The notes under the pieces are model-generated. The model was not told the origin of the DNA and did no database searches. It saw only the letters and a list, made by a program, of their open reading frames with translations. Positions 1-20,101 of a DNA stretch of 64,000 nt are shown one piece after another (position 1 is the stretch's first letter; each line of letters begins with the position of its first letter). This DNA is from the human T2T-CHM13v2.0 reference genome, Homo sapiens. The stretch lies in assembly GCF_009914755.1 (NCBI RefSeq), contig NC_060929.1; one strand, written 5' to 3'. A program made the translations under genes and the position numbers.

Positions 1-1030
1 ATTCGCTCTTTGGAGTCTTCCCCCACCCTCTTCCTCTATCCCAGCCCCTCCTCCCCATTAGTTTTGTATCAATGTGGATTCGTTTTCCAGGGCTGCTGCA
101 AAGTTGTTCCAGACTTTTCCTTCCCCATTTCTGGCTGGATCCAGAGTCCATCTCTGGCATCCATACTTTTGTCCTTTTAGCTTAAAATTCTCGGTTTGCT
201 TGAGCATATCCTGCCATAACTTCCTAAGAATAGGTGCATGGGGACAAAGTTTTCGAATTATTGGATGTCTGAAAACGTCTTTAGTCTCATGATTGATAGC
301 CGGGTCTAGAATTCTAAGTTGAAAAGTTTCCCTTTGAAAGCTTCTCATAGTCTCCTAGCCTGTGCTGTTGCTGTTAAGTGGACTGATACAATTATGATTT
401 TTGTTCTTTTGTATACGATCTGTGTTTCCCCTCTCTAGAAGACTTTAGGATATTTTTTGTATTTCTGGTATTCTAAAATTTCATAGCGATGTCCCTTAAT
501 GTGAATCTTTTTTAAAAAACTCATTTTGCAGCTGGGCACCATGGCTCACACCTGTTATCCTAGCCCTTTGTGAGGCTGAGGTGGGAGGATTGCTTGAAGC
601 CAAGAGTTCAAAACCAGCCTGGACAACAAAGCAAGATCCCATCTCTATTGTTTTAATAAAATTAATAAAATTCATTTTGCAGGGTGTGTTGTAGGCTTAT
701 TTAATCTGTGTCCTTAGCTCTGGAGAATTTTCTTTACTAACTAACTTTCTCCCCTTTAGTTTATTTGTCCTCTTAAATCTGTAGATACTGTTCCTTTTAG
801 ACTAATTTTCTCAGCTATGTTTTTTGCTCTTCCCTGCCCCCTTTCCTTTTTGGCTCTGTCTTCTTTGAGAGGAGTTTTCCTACATTATCTTATCTTTTAA
901 CTCTAATATTAAATAATTCATTACAACTATATATTTTAAATTTTGAAGGTTTTTTCTTGTTCTCTGATTGCTCCCTTCATATAGCAACTTTTATTTTATG
1001 AATAAATATACCACCTTCTCATATCATCTA
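1..1030 (-). mobile_element. Ancient L1M fragments (ORF1 region) with an Alu monomer at ~531-650
   Basis: Degenerate antisense L1 ORF1-like T-rich sequence; the Alu left monomer is recognisable. Confidence 0.5.
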
Positions 1031-1058
1031 TTTGTTAGATTAGAAAGTAGAATTTTCA

Positions 1059-1362
1059 GCTGGGTGTGGTGGCTCACACCCGTAATCCCAGCACTTTGGG
1101 AGGCCAAGGTGGGTGGATCATGAGGTTAGGAGATCGAGACCATCCTGGCCAACATGGTGAAACCCCGTCTCTACTAAAATACAAAAAATTGGCCGGGTGC
1201 GGTGGTGCACGCCTGTAGTCCCAGCTACTCAGGAGGCTGAGGCAGGGGAATTGCTTGAACCTGGGATGCAGAGGTTTCAGTGAGCTGAGATTGCACCACT
1301 GCACTCCAGCCTGGTGACAGAGCAAGACTCCATCTCAAAAAAGAAAGAAAGAAAGAAAGAAA
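1059..1362 (+). mobile_element. AluSc-like with (GAAA)n tail
   Basis: Full dimer; TSD AGAAAGTAGAATT. Confidence 0.92.
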
Positions 1363-1795
1363 GTAGAATTCTCACTTGCCATCTGGGGGCCTGAGCTCAA
1401 GTCACAGCCAACATAGCATGTGTTCAGGATTAAGTAGGCCGAGAAATCACATGCCATATTCCTTAGAGATCTGATTCAAATTATAAACTGCAGCCAGATA
1501 GATGGAGGTAACATTAACAGCTTTATTGTCAGTAGAGCCAGAATACAGAACACATTGTAACCTGGACCTGCAATCACAATCAAGCTTGCTGCCTTCTTCC
1601 CGGAATCTAGACCTTGCAATGCATCTGCTGGGTCGAGTATTTGGCAAGGCAGATACTTACTTATCTATTTAGGCAGCCTACCAAAAGAAAAATTGCTTAC
1701 CCCTCACTTGTCAAGCCTCAAGTGTTGGGAAAGAATAGTGTCACATGCAATTGGTTTTTAATACAGGTATTGCACTCACTTAAGAAATGGAAACA

Positions 1796-2448
<653 letters not shown>

Positions 2449-2769
2449 TGAACTCTTGCCACTCACCAATCAGAAACATAAATTCTCTTTTTTCCAAAGA
2501 AATAATAACCTTATAGAAATGTGAGAATAGAGTTCCCTTTGTCATTGAGCATACCAATTAGTTTTAAAAACCATTTCTTTTATTTCTTCTTGAGTTATTT
2601 TCTCTATTATTTTGCCTATTTAATTTGGATTTTCCCTTTCATAATGATTTTCTCCATGCATCTAGGATGCCTAGTGGTCTATTTAGTTTTAGGGAAAGAT
2701 GATACTAAAACATTTACTGAAGAAGCTGAGTGTGTAGGTGAAGCTCCTCTGGTAGGCTCTACTCTGGGC

Positions 2770-2950
2770 AGTAGCCAGCAAACTTTTTTCTGTAAAGGGC
2801 CAGAAAATATTTTAGGCTTTGCAGGCCGTAAGGTCTATGTTGCAACTTTGCAATTCTACCATAGATAATATGTAAATGAATAGACAGGATGCATTTCAAT
2901 AAAACCTTATTTGTAAGAAGAGGGATTGAGCCACTTTGCAGACCTCTGCT
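2770..2950. mobile_element. MER58A-like hAT MITE
   Basis: cagcaaacttttttctgtaaagggccag...ttttaggctttgcaggcc signature. Confidence 0.75.
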
Positions 2951-3421
2951 CTAAGGCGAATCAGATGAGAAGTTGGACCCTTGCTTGGGGTATAGGTGCT
3001 AGGAATTCTTTGCAGAAGTTTGCAGAGATGAAGAGTTGCAGCCAGTCTACATATGGAATAATAAACCATGGTTGTCTCATGGTTTATTAGTGCATATGTA
3101 GAACAGCTGCATGCCCCTGTTCAAAAAGCTGGTATGCCCCTTTTTGTGCTTATCAGCTCTGAGTCTCAAGTTCACTTTTCATCACTATCCTCTTTTGCAT
3201 AAATTATATCATGGCTTTCTCCACCCTGTTACGTCTGTTGCTGCTGCTTTTGTCTTCTGTCTTCTGAAAATTTGTTGAAATCTTTCATCTAGAATTGTCT
3301 CTTTTCCAATTCTCTTTGTTTGCATTGATTTATATATTTTTAAAATTTATTATCCTTTCACTTGGGTCTTAAGAGACAGACAGAATAAAAAATATTTATG
3401 AATACACTATATCAAGAAACT

Positions 3422-3862
<441 letters not shown>

Positions 3863-3879
3863 AGAAACCACTAAAAAAC

Positions 3880-5202
3880 AATTTTTTATCTTCAGCTTTT
3901 AAGGGGTACATATGCAGGATGTGCAGGTTTGTTACATAGGTAAATGTGTGGTGTGGTGGTTTGCTGTACAGATCATCCCATCACCTAGATGTTAAGCCCA
4001 GCATCCATTAGCTATTCTTCCTGATTCTCTCCCTCCCCTCCTCAACAGGCCCCAGTGGCGTGTTGTTCCCCCTATGTGTCCATGTGTTCTCACCATTCAG
4101 CTCCCACTTATAAGTGAGAATATGCACTGTTTGGTTTTCCGTTCCTGCCTTAGTTTGCTAAGGATAACGGCCTCCAGCTCCATGCATATCCATGCAAATG
4201 ACAAGATCTTGTTCTTTTTTATGGCTGCATAGTATTTCATGGTGTGTATATATATGTGTACAGTATTTTATTTGTCCAGTCTATGATGGACATTTGGATG
4301 GATTCCACATATTTGCTATTGTGAATAGTGCTGCAGTGAACATACGCATCCATGTATCTTTATAATAGAATGATTTATATTCCTTTGGATATATACCCAG
4401 CAATGGTATTGCTGGGTCAAATGGTATTTCTGCTTTTAGATCTTTGGGGAATTGCCACACTGTCTTCCACAATGGTTAAACTAATTTACACTCCCAGCAA
4501 CAGTGTAAAGGTGTTCCTTTTCCTCCACAACCTCGGAAGCATCTGTTATTTTTTTTTTTTTTGACATTTTAATAATTGCCATTCTGACTGGTGTGAGATG
4601 GTATTTCATTGTGGTTTTGATTAGGATTTCTCTAATGATCAGTGATGTTGAGCTTCTTTTCATAGGTTTGTTGGCCATATGCATGTCTTCTTTTGAGAAG
4701 TGTCTGTTCATGTCCTTTGCCCACTTTTTAATGGGGTTTTTTCTTGTAAATTTGTTTAAGTTATTTGTAGACTCTGGATATTAGACTTTTGTCAGATGGA
4801 CAGATTGCAAAAATGTTCTCCCATTCTGTAAGTTGTCTACTTGCTCTGGTGATAGTTTCTTTTGCTGTGCAGAAGCTCTTTAGTTCAATTAGATCCCAGT
4901 CGTCAATTTTTGCTTGTGTTGCAAGTGATTTTGGTATTTGCATTATAAAATCTTTGCCTGTGCCTATGTCCCAGATAGTATTGCCTAGATTTTCTTCTAG
5001 GGATTTTATAGTTTTGGGTTTTACATTTAAGTCTTTAATCCATCTGGAACTAATTTTTGTATGAAGGTGTAAGGAAAGGGTTCAGTTTCAATTTTCTGCA
5101 TACGGCTAGCCAGTTCTCCCAGCACCATTGATTAAATAGGGAGTCCTTTCCCCATTGCTTGTTTTTGTCAGGTTTGTTGAAGATCAGATGGTTGTAGGTG
5201 TG
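3880..5202 (-). mobile_element. 5'-truncated L1PA (older L1PA, roughly L1PA13-like)
   Basis: L1 3'UTR and ORF2 C-terminal ORFs on the minus strand ([23 protein letters not shown]). Confidence 0.88.
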
Positions 5203-5949
5203 CTAAATTCTTAATACTGGGGTAATATTAATTAGTTTATTTTTACTTTCACTAGCTTTGAACCTATTTAAAATGTTGTTTGTTTTTAAATTAGTATCAT
5301 CTTTTTAAATCCTATGTAAAAAGTTTCCCTTCAGGTAGGCAACTCACTCCTACCACAGAAGTTGATTGCAGGCCCACATATATAGGCACAAGCTGGGTCA
5401 TTCCCAATTTCCAAACCAATCTTACCTAAAAGTCTTTTTTCCTCTAAGGTGTTCCCTAGATTGAATATTTTCATGAAAACAGAAACATTAGCTTTCATCA
5501 GGGTCTCTACGTCACAAGGCCAAGTTCAGATGCTGAACACACATGAATGGTCAGTGTGTGAACAGTGTCTGAATGCAGTAGAGCTCTGGTGGGTGCCACT
5601 AGGACTTCTGCCCAATTAAGTGTTTTCCTCTTCTCAATAAGGTCCAAAGTTTTCCTACAGAAAAGCAAAGCAAGACATAAAGCATAGTACATGGTGATTA
5701 TTTGAATTGTTGAGAAATGGAAAATGGTATAAGCTATAATGGCTTATCATTAGTTTATCAAATATTTACTAAATATATATTTATACTTTATAAACATTGC
5801 ATCTAAAAAGCACTCATTGGATGTTTCCTCTCTATTCAGATACTTTGAGCAAAGCTGGCAGATCTTCGTGTCTTGAAGATGAGCGGATATTCAAGCTAGA
5901 GGCTAGGTACCTCCTAGGATTGTCAGCTTTCTGCTGATATAACAGAGTA

Positions 5950-8683
<2,734 letters not shown>

Positions 8684-10330
8684 GGTGGAGTTGTGAGATT
8701 GTGGCAGATGGGAGGTAGCACTAGACTGCAGCTCCGATCAGATGGACAGAGCAGCATGTGGAGGCTTGGATTATTAATTTTTGCTCCAGAACAACTGCAG
8801 AACTAAATCAGGAAACCCAAGGGGACCCACAGACTCTCTGAAGGAAGCAGATTACTCCTGCAGGACCCAGGAGACACCCCAAATACTGTGCTGGTATCCC
8901 TGGCTGAGAGACCCACAGACAGTTCACATCACAGGACTCTGTGCAGACAACCCCCAGTACCGGCCTGGAGCCTGGCAGACTTGCTGGGTGGCTAGATCCA
9001 GAAGAAAGATAACAATCACTTCAGCTCGGCTCTCAGGAAGCCACATCCATAGGAAAAGGGGGAGAGTACTACATCAAGAGAACACCCTGCAGGACAAAAG
9101 AATCTGAACAACAGCCTTCAGCCCTAGACCTTCCCTCTGACAGAGCCTACCCAAATGAGAAGGAATCAGAAAACCAACTCTGGTACTATGACATAACAAG
9201 GTTCATTAACACCCCCAGAAAATCACACTAGCTCACCAGCAATGGGCACAAACCAAGAAGGAATCCCTGATTTACCTGAAAAAGAATTAAGAAGTTTAGT
9301 TATTGAGCCAATCAGGGAGGCACCTGAGAAAGGCAAAGCCCAATGTAAGGAAACCAAAAAAATGATACAAGAAGTGAAGGGAGAAATATTCAATGACATA
9401 GATAGCATAAATAAAAAATAATCAAAACTGCAGGGAAACAATGGAAACACAGAAATGCAAAATGCTCTGGAAAGTCTCAACAATAAAATCGAATAAGTAG
9501 AAGAAATTAATTCAGAGCTCGAAGGCAATGTCTTCAAATTAACCCAATCCAACAAAGACAAAGAAAAAATAAGAAATGTGAACAAAGCCTCCAAGAAGTC
9601 TACAGTTAATGTTAAACGAAACCATTCACCTAAGAATAATCAGCATTCCTGAGGAAGAAAATAAATCTAAAAGTTTGGAAAACATATTTGGGGGAATAAT
9701 CGAGGAAAATTTCCCTGGCCTTTCTAGAGACCTAGATATTCAAACACAAGAAGCACAAAGAACACCTGGGAAATTCATCGCAAAAAGATCATCACCTAGG
9801 CACCCTGCCATCAGGTTATCTAAATTTAAGATGAAGGAAAGAATCTTAAGAGCTGTGAGACAAAAGCACCAGGTAACCTATAAAGGAAAACCTATCAGAT
9901 TAACAGCAGATTTCTCAGAAGAAATCCTGCAAGCTAGAAAGGATTGGGGCCTATTTTCAGCCTCCTCAAACAAAACAATTAGCAGCCAAGAATTCTGTAT
10001 TCAGTGAAACTGAGCTTCATATATGAAGGAAAGATAGTCTTTTCCATACAAACAAATGCTGAGAGAATTCACCACTACCAAGCCACCATTACAAGAACAG
10101 CTAAAAGGAGCTGTAAATCTTGAAACAAATCCAGGAAACCCATCAAAACAGAACCTCTTTAAAGCATAAATCTCACAGGACCTATAAAACAAAATACAAC
10201 TTAAAAAACAAAAACAAAAAACCAAGGCATACAAGCAACAAATAACACAATGAATGGAATGGTATCTCACATCGCAATACTAACAGTGAATGTAAATGGC
10301 CTAAATGCTCCACTTAAAAGATACAGAATG

Positions 10331-10624
<294 letters not shown>

Positions 10625-10836
10625 TTAAAAAAAAAAAGATACAAAATGGCAGAATGGGTAAGAATTCACAAACCAATCACCTGCTGCCTTCAAGAGACTC
10701 ACCTAACACATAAGGACTCATATAAACTTAAGGTAAAGGGGTGGAAAAAGACATTTCATGCAAATGGACACCAAAAGTGAGAAGGAGTAGCTATTTTTAT
10801 ATCAGACAAAACCAACTTTAAAGCAACAGCAGTTTA

Positions 10837-11760
<924 letters not shown>

Positions 11761-12218
11761 AAAGCAACAGCAGTTTAAAAGGACAAAGAGGGACATTATA
11801 TAATGATAAAAGGACTTGTCCAACAGGAAAATATCACAATCCTAAACATATATGCACCTAACACTGGAGTTCCCAAATTTATAAAATAATTACTAATAGA
11901 TCTAAGAAATGAGATAGACAGCAACACAATAATAGTGGGGGACTTCAATACTCCACTGACAGCACTAGACAGGTCATCAAGACAGTTAACAAAGAAACAA
12001 TGGATTTAAACTATACCCTGGAACAAATGGACTTAGAGATACATACAGAACATTCCATCCAACAACCACAGAATAAACAGTCTATTCAACAGTGCATGGA
12101 ACTTTCTCCAAGATAGACCATATGATTGATAGGCCACAAAACGAGCCTCAATAAATTTAAGAAAATTGAAATTATATGAAGCACTCTCTCAGACCACAGT
12201 GGAATAAAACTGGAAATC

Positions 12219-12705
12219 TGCAGGGGTTCAGTCAGGATGGTGGGGAAAATTATAAAATAAAACACAAACCTTCTTGGAAGGCCAAAAGGTTTTTGCAAAA
12301 GCTTCAAGATAGAGTTATGGCTGAAGGCAGCCTAATCCTCTTTGAGCTATAGCAAGGGTAATTAACAGGAATGTAGAGTAGTTTATCTAAATAGCTTGTT
12401 TACTCATGTGGTTCTAAAACTAACCTTTGATCATTTGTGGGCAGGATAACGCTCTGTGGGGAGGGGAATGGAGGAAGGCGACCAGGTTGATTACCCTCTA
12501 ATGGTGTTTACTTGAGACTTTTGTCATTTAATGTGTACTGAATAAATACTGGGAGGGCCAGCGAGTCAGGGCCGGGGCTGACAGCACTCTTCTTAGAGTC
12601 TGTAAGTGGCCTGGACCTTCAAGCTGGAATGACAAGCATAATATCTGTGTCAGTGTACGTTATTCATCTGTCGTTAAGTCAGGGTCTGCAGGACAGTCCC
12701 CCACA
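12219..12705 (+). mobile_element. 5' LTR (487 bp)
   Basis: TGCAGGGGTTCAGTC...CCCCCACA, direct repeat of 19599-20101; AATAAA at 12541. Confidence 0.95.
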
Positions 12706-12707
12706 GG

Positions 12708-12725
12708 TGGTGACCCCGATGTGAC
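12708..12725 (+). promoter_or_regulatory. Primer-binding site TGGTGACCCCGATGTGAC (tRNA-Trp-like)
   Basis: Starts 2 nt after the LTR with TGG; 16/18 ungapped match to TGGTGACCCCGACGTGAT, the complement of the tRNA-Trp 3' end. Confidence 0.8.
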
Positions 12726-12851
12726 CAACACTGCAAAGGAAGCATGACGGACCCCTTGAAATGAAAGTGAAAAGGACCATGTGGTCAAGTGAGTAATCAG
12801 TAAGTCATTGGTGCCCGCTTGGGATCTCCAAGTTCAGGCTGAGGTTTCATC

Positions 12852-14590
<1,739 letters not shown>

Positions 14591-15219
14591 TGCTAAAAGA
14601 AGGAGAAGACCCTAAAAGGGTTGCAACCGGGATCTGGGGCCTGCTGCCTCCAGGAACAGTGGGATTAGTCCTAGGGTGGTCTAGCCTATCTAGTAAAGGA
14701 ATTAATGTGCTCACCGTGGTAATTGATAGTGATTATCACAGAGAGATATTGGTTATGATGGACTGTAAAGGTCTGCATATTCTTCCCCCTGGATCAAAGA
14801 TAGCTCAGTTACTGATTTTATCATACTGGGTCCCCAGTCTCTATGGAAAGGAAAGGGGGAAGGGAAGTTTTGGGAGCACAGGAGCCACAGGAGTATATTG
14901 GAATCAATTAATCACTGATCAAGGACCCATGAAGAAATTGGAAATAAGAATTTTACTGGCTTACTGGGCACAGGGGCAGACATTTCAATCATTAGTGATC
15001 AAAACTGGCCAGAAACTTGGCTTTGGGTCAGTCAGAAACAGAAAATTGTCAGCATCATGGAAGCACACACAGCCAAGCAGAGCACACGCCCCCTAACATG
15101 CTATGATTCAGAAGGAAGAAAGGCAGTTATACAACCTCTAATCATGGCCATCCCTGTTCATCTTTGGGGATGGGACCTATTAGCCCAATGGGGGGTTACT
15201 CTGCAGACCCCTTTCAAAC

Positions 15220-17660
15220 AATGGCCACTGTTATTATTCCTCCCCTACCCCTGATGTGGCTCTCTCAAGATCCGATTTGGGTAGAACAGTGGCCTCTGAA
15301 GGGAGAGAAATTACAGAGGGCCCATGAATTAGTTGAAGAGTAATTGAAAGCTGGGCATGTCGAATTATCTAACAGCCCTTGGAATTCACCCATTTTTGTC
15401 ATTCCCAAAAAGTCTGGGAAATGAAGACTTTTGCATGACCTACGTGCTATTAATGCCAATTTGCAACCTATGGGACCACTTCAGCAGCAGCTCCCTTCCC
15501 CCACGGCGATTCCTCAAGATTAGCCTATAATCATTATTGACTTAAAAGATTGTTTTTATATGATTCCCCTAGCAGAACAGGACAGAGAAAAATTCATTTA
15601 CAATATCAGCTATCAATAAAGAAAAGCCAGCTTGTCGAATTCATTGGAAAGTGCTTCCTCAAGGAATGCTAAATAGTCCTGCCATGTGTCAGTATCATGT
15701 AAATCAAGCCTTGCTCCCTAGTAGAAAATAATTTCCTGATTGCAAGATTATTCATTTTATGGATGATATTCTACTAGCAGCCCCAACGGAGCCAATACTT
15801 TTAAATTTATATTCCTCTGTCGTAAAGAAATACACAGCTAAGAGATTTAATCATTTACCTGAAAAAGTAAAAATGTCCTCTCCTTGGAAATATCTTGGGT
15901 ACGTATTAACTTTCCAGTCAGTAAGACCTCAGAAGGTTAAATTAAAGACTAGCAACTAGCAACCGGTATTCTCCCAGATATTTAACCCCTGCAGCAAAAA
16001 GGGAAATTGAGGAAATAGAACAAGCCGTCTCTCAGGGGCAGCTAGATCGCATTGATCCACGTTATTCAATCCAATTGTTTTATCTTTCTCACCAAACACT
16101 CCCCTACAGGGTTAATAGGACAGATGGCCCCCGGGCTATGCTTCCTAGAATGGGTTTTTTGCCACATACCGGGACTAAAACACTATCTCCCTATAGTCAG
16201 TTACTTACTAAAGTCATCTATTCAGGCCACAAACAATGCAATCAGTCACTAGGTTATGACCCTGATGTCATCAGGATTCCTTTAAGTAAAAAGCAATTCA
16301 AAGCAGTATTGCCAGTATCTATTAATCTGCAAATAGCTTTCTCTGATTACACAGGACAAATAGAGCACATACTTCCTGCTGATAAACTCCTTTATTTCTT
16401 ATCTCATACCCTGGTAATCTTACCCACAAAAATAGTTCACTCCCCCATACCTAATGCTTTAACACTGTTTACTGATGGTTCTGGTAAACATGGAAAAGCA
16501 GCAGTCTGGTAGAGACCACATAATTCAATCACTCGATCTGGGTTTACTAGCACTTAGAGAGCTGAGACTGGGGCCCTGATACTGGCCTTAGAAACTTTTT
16601 CCACTCAGCCCATAAATATTGTAAATGACTTGGCTTACACTGTTTATTTATTGCAGAACCCTCAAAACAGCCTTAATTAAGTCCGCTCTTGAGCCCACCC
16701 TGTGTGCTCTTTTTCTTTGATTTCAGCAATTCCTAGATCAATGTACACATCCTATTTTTATCACACACATTCCAGGCCACAGCTTTCTGCCTGGCCCATT
16801 GGCTTATGGCAACGAACAAGACCTACAAGTTATGACATCACTGCTTGACCAAGCCACCCAATTGCATCAATCTTTCCACCAAAATTGGAGAAATTTATCT
16901 AAACAATTTCAACTTACTCAGAGGCTGGCTAAACAAATTATCCCACAATGCCCAGATTGTCAGCTCCCTGGCCTCCTTCCACAGGTGTTAACCCTAGAGG
17001 ATTAGAACCTCATCAGTTATGGCAAACAGATGTTACACACGTCCCTGAATTTGGAAAACTTAGATATGTACATGTATCCGTTGATACCAACACTCATCTA
17101 ATTAGTGCACACACCCTTCCTAGAGAGTCCACTTGGTATATCATTAAACATCTTTTAACTTTTGCATTTATGGGGCAGCCCACAAAAATTAAAAAATTAA
17201 AAAATTAAAACTGAAAATGGTCCAGCTTATGCCAGCTCACAATTTCAACAATTTTGTCACAAGTGGAATATCCAACATTCCACAGGCATCCCATATAACC
17301 CCCAAGGACAAGCCATAGTAGAACGTGCCCACTCCACCCTTAAAAATATGCCCAGAAAACAGCCAGAAGAGGGGGAGTATGAGTAAAAACCCTCCAACAC
17401 TATTGGCACAAGCCTTATTTACCCTTAATTTTCTAAATTTAGATGACGAATTTCAATCAGCTGTAGAAAAGCACTTTGCTAAAACCTCTCAAGACATAAA
17501 GCCTGCAGTTTTATGGAAAGATGTAAACAGTAATGAATGGTGTGATCCAAATGAATTGTTAATGTGGGGAAGAGGGTAGGCTTGTGTCCATACCCCCTCA
17601 GGTCCTCTTTGAATTCCAGCATGATGCATTAAACCATACCATGGTGTGGCTAGGATCCAA
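15220..17660 (+). pseudogene. pol: ERV pol remnant (RT, RNase H, integrase)
   Basis: WVEQWPL, SPWNSPIFVIPKKSG, IDLKDCF, LPQGM, FMDD, LFTDGS, HHCC zinc finger, [23 protein letters not shown]; many stops and frameshifts. Confidence 0.9.
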
Positions 17661-17727
17661 CCTGGTACCGGAGATGAAGGAACTGACCCTACAGGATCCA
17701 CAGCCCCAGACGATGAGGCTTCCATGG

Positions 17728-19598
17728 ATGACACAAGCCCCGGACGTCACCTGGGGGATGCTGAAGAGGACAACTCAGGAGGCTGAATGAATTCTGCTCC
17801 AGACACAGACACCATTTACTTCAGATAATTTGTTCCTTGCTATGCTCTCTGTTGTACATTGCAACTCACATAGGGTATTGATCCTTTTTATGCTCTTGCT
17901 TTGTCTGCAAACTGTACCTGCTACACTCTACTGGCTCTTATCTTAGACCCGCCTTTCTTTCGCCCTGTCACCTGGGCAGACATCCCCTTCCCAGCCTATA
18001 ATAACATAAGTGCTTGGCTAGGAGGGATAGATTTACCCCCAGTGGGGTCCCTCAGTAATGGCATACATTGGACTAAGGTGCCAGATAACACTACATATCA
18101 CTCCACTATCTTCCCACTGTGTGTAAGTTATAAAGGTTCTAACACTTACTGTGTATCTGCCCAAACACAATTATGACCATATCATGGCAAAGAAAATGCC
18201 TTAACAGCCTTAGCTACAGGTAGCCTCAAACCAGGTAATGCAATCAATGCCACTTTCCCAAACATTCCTTCCTGTGCTAAAGGACAAAACTGGGAAAGTA
18301 CTGGATTTTACTTTAGCTGGGAGGTCTGTCACAGGGGACAAGCCCATAGCCTCCAGTTAGGCAATTATAACATCTTAGACTGGAGTCCCCATGGCCATTT
18401 GCAGGGCAGCCTTACTAATGTCCTCCTCTGTCAAGGCATCAATCACAGTTTTGTAGCCATGTCCCATTCCCCTATGATTTGGGCCAATGGGGCGATGCAA
18501 TATCCCAGACCCCAAGTAAATTCCATGCCACCTCAAGACACTTTATGGCACCTGGGACATCTTGGCACCTCCCTTGACACCTGGCATGGAACATATCATA
18601 ATTCCGGTAACAACTATACTATAACCTTTATTCATACTGATCAGTTACGCTGATTAGTAACTGATTTGCACTACCCATCCATGTTTTCCTTATGGGAACC
18701 AATATTTCTATTTCACCCCAAAACTCCACATTTGTGACCCGGGTGCAGGGACAGACTTGGTTCACCTCATGTATCATTAATTACAATATATCTGATCTAA
18801 ATATTACTAGTGTCATGGTACTAAGGAGATAATCTGAGGCATTCCTACCAGTCAATTTGACATGCGATTGGCAAGGATCCTCTGCCCTTGCCACCTTAGA
18901 GCGTACCCTGTCCCAGGTCAGACACAAAAGATTCATAGTTACATTTATGGCCTTTATAGTCTCAGCCATAGTCATCCTAGCAACTGCTAGCATTGCTGTG
19001 GCATCTATTACTGAGTCAGTATAAACAGCTGCCTTTGTAGATAATCTGGCCAAAAACGTGTCTAATGAACTTCTCTTATAGCAGGGTATAGATCAAAAAA
19101 TTCTTGCACGTCTGCAAGCCCTTGAGGCTGCTTTAAAATATGTGGGGGAGCCACAAGATGCACTGGCATTCCAACAGCAATTAAGCTGCAACTGGGAGCA
19201 TAAGCATATCTGTGTCACTTCTCTACCATGGAATCAATCAATGCATAGTTGGGATGAGGTGAAACAACACCTCTGGGGAATTTAACAGCAGACGTAAAGC
19301 AACTTAAAACTAAAATTTTAGAATCCCTTCACACTATAGATCTACACACCCAACAAACAGCCATATGGAAGGGTGTGCAAGATCATCTCTCCTGGTTAGA
19401 CCCCCACTCCTGGGGGTCACTCTTTGACTAGCAGAGAATGTTGCTAATTATACTCATGATTGTCTTATGTTATTTACTAATTCTAGGATGCAAAGCCAGA
19501 ATAAGAGCAATCACTGCCACTCCTGACAAACCTGTTGCTGCATACATCTGCACTCTCCAATCAATAAGACCCAATGCAGAAAACAGAAAAGGGAGAGA
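17728..19598 (+). pseudogene. env: ERV env remnant
   Basis: MTQAPDVTWGMLK start; furin site RHKR (18920-18931) followed by a hydrophobic fusion peptide; CNWEHKHIC loop; TM anchor LLIILMIVLCYLLILG; disrupted. Confidence 0.85.
19578..19598 (+). promoter_or_regulatory. Polypurine tract
   Basis: AGAAAACAGAAAAGGGAGAGA immediately before the 3' LTR. Confidence 0.85.
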
Positions 19599-20101
19599 TG
19601 TAGGGGTTCAGTCAGAATGGTGGGGAAAATTATAAAATAAAACACAAACCTTCTTGGAAGGCCAAAAGCTTTTTGCAAAAGCTTCAGGACAGAGTTATGG
19701 CTGAAGGCAGCCTAATCCTCTTTGAGCTATAGCAAGGGTAATTAACAGGAATGTAGAGTAGTTTATCTAAATAGCTTGTTTACTCATGTGGTTCTAAAAC
19801 TAACCTTTGATCATTTGCGGGCAGGATAGCGCTGGGAGGGGTGGAGCGCTGGCAGTGGGGGGCAGGAGTGGAAGGAGACCAGGTTGATTACCCTCTAATG
19901 GTGTTTACTTGAGACTTCTGTCATTTAATGTGTACTGAATAAATGCCAGGAGGGCCAGAGAGTCAGGGCTGTGGCTGACAGCACTCTCCTTAGAGTCTGT
20001 AAGTGGCCCGGACCCTTGGCCAGATTGACAAGCATAATATCTGTGTCAGTGTACGTTATTCATCTGTCATTGAATCAGGGTCTGCAAGACAGGCCCCCAC
20101 A
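19599..20101 (+). mobile_element. 3' LTR (503 bp)
   Basis: TGTAGGGGTTCAGTC...CCCCCACA, followed by TSD GAAATC. Confidence 0.95.

Noticed and set aside
1380-1790. Unique-looking sequence (also 5200-5950) as a possible exon or ncRNA
   Set aside because: No recognisable motif, RNA structure, CpG island or consistent splice-site pair.
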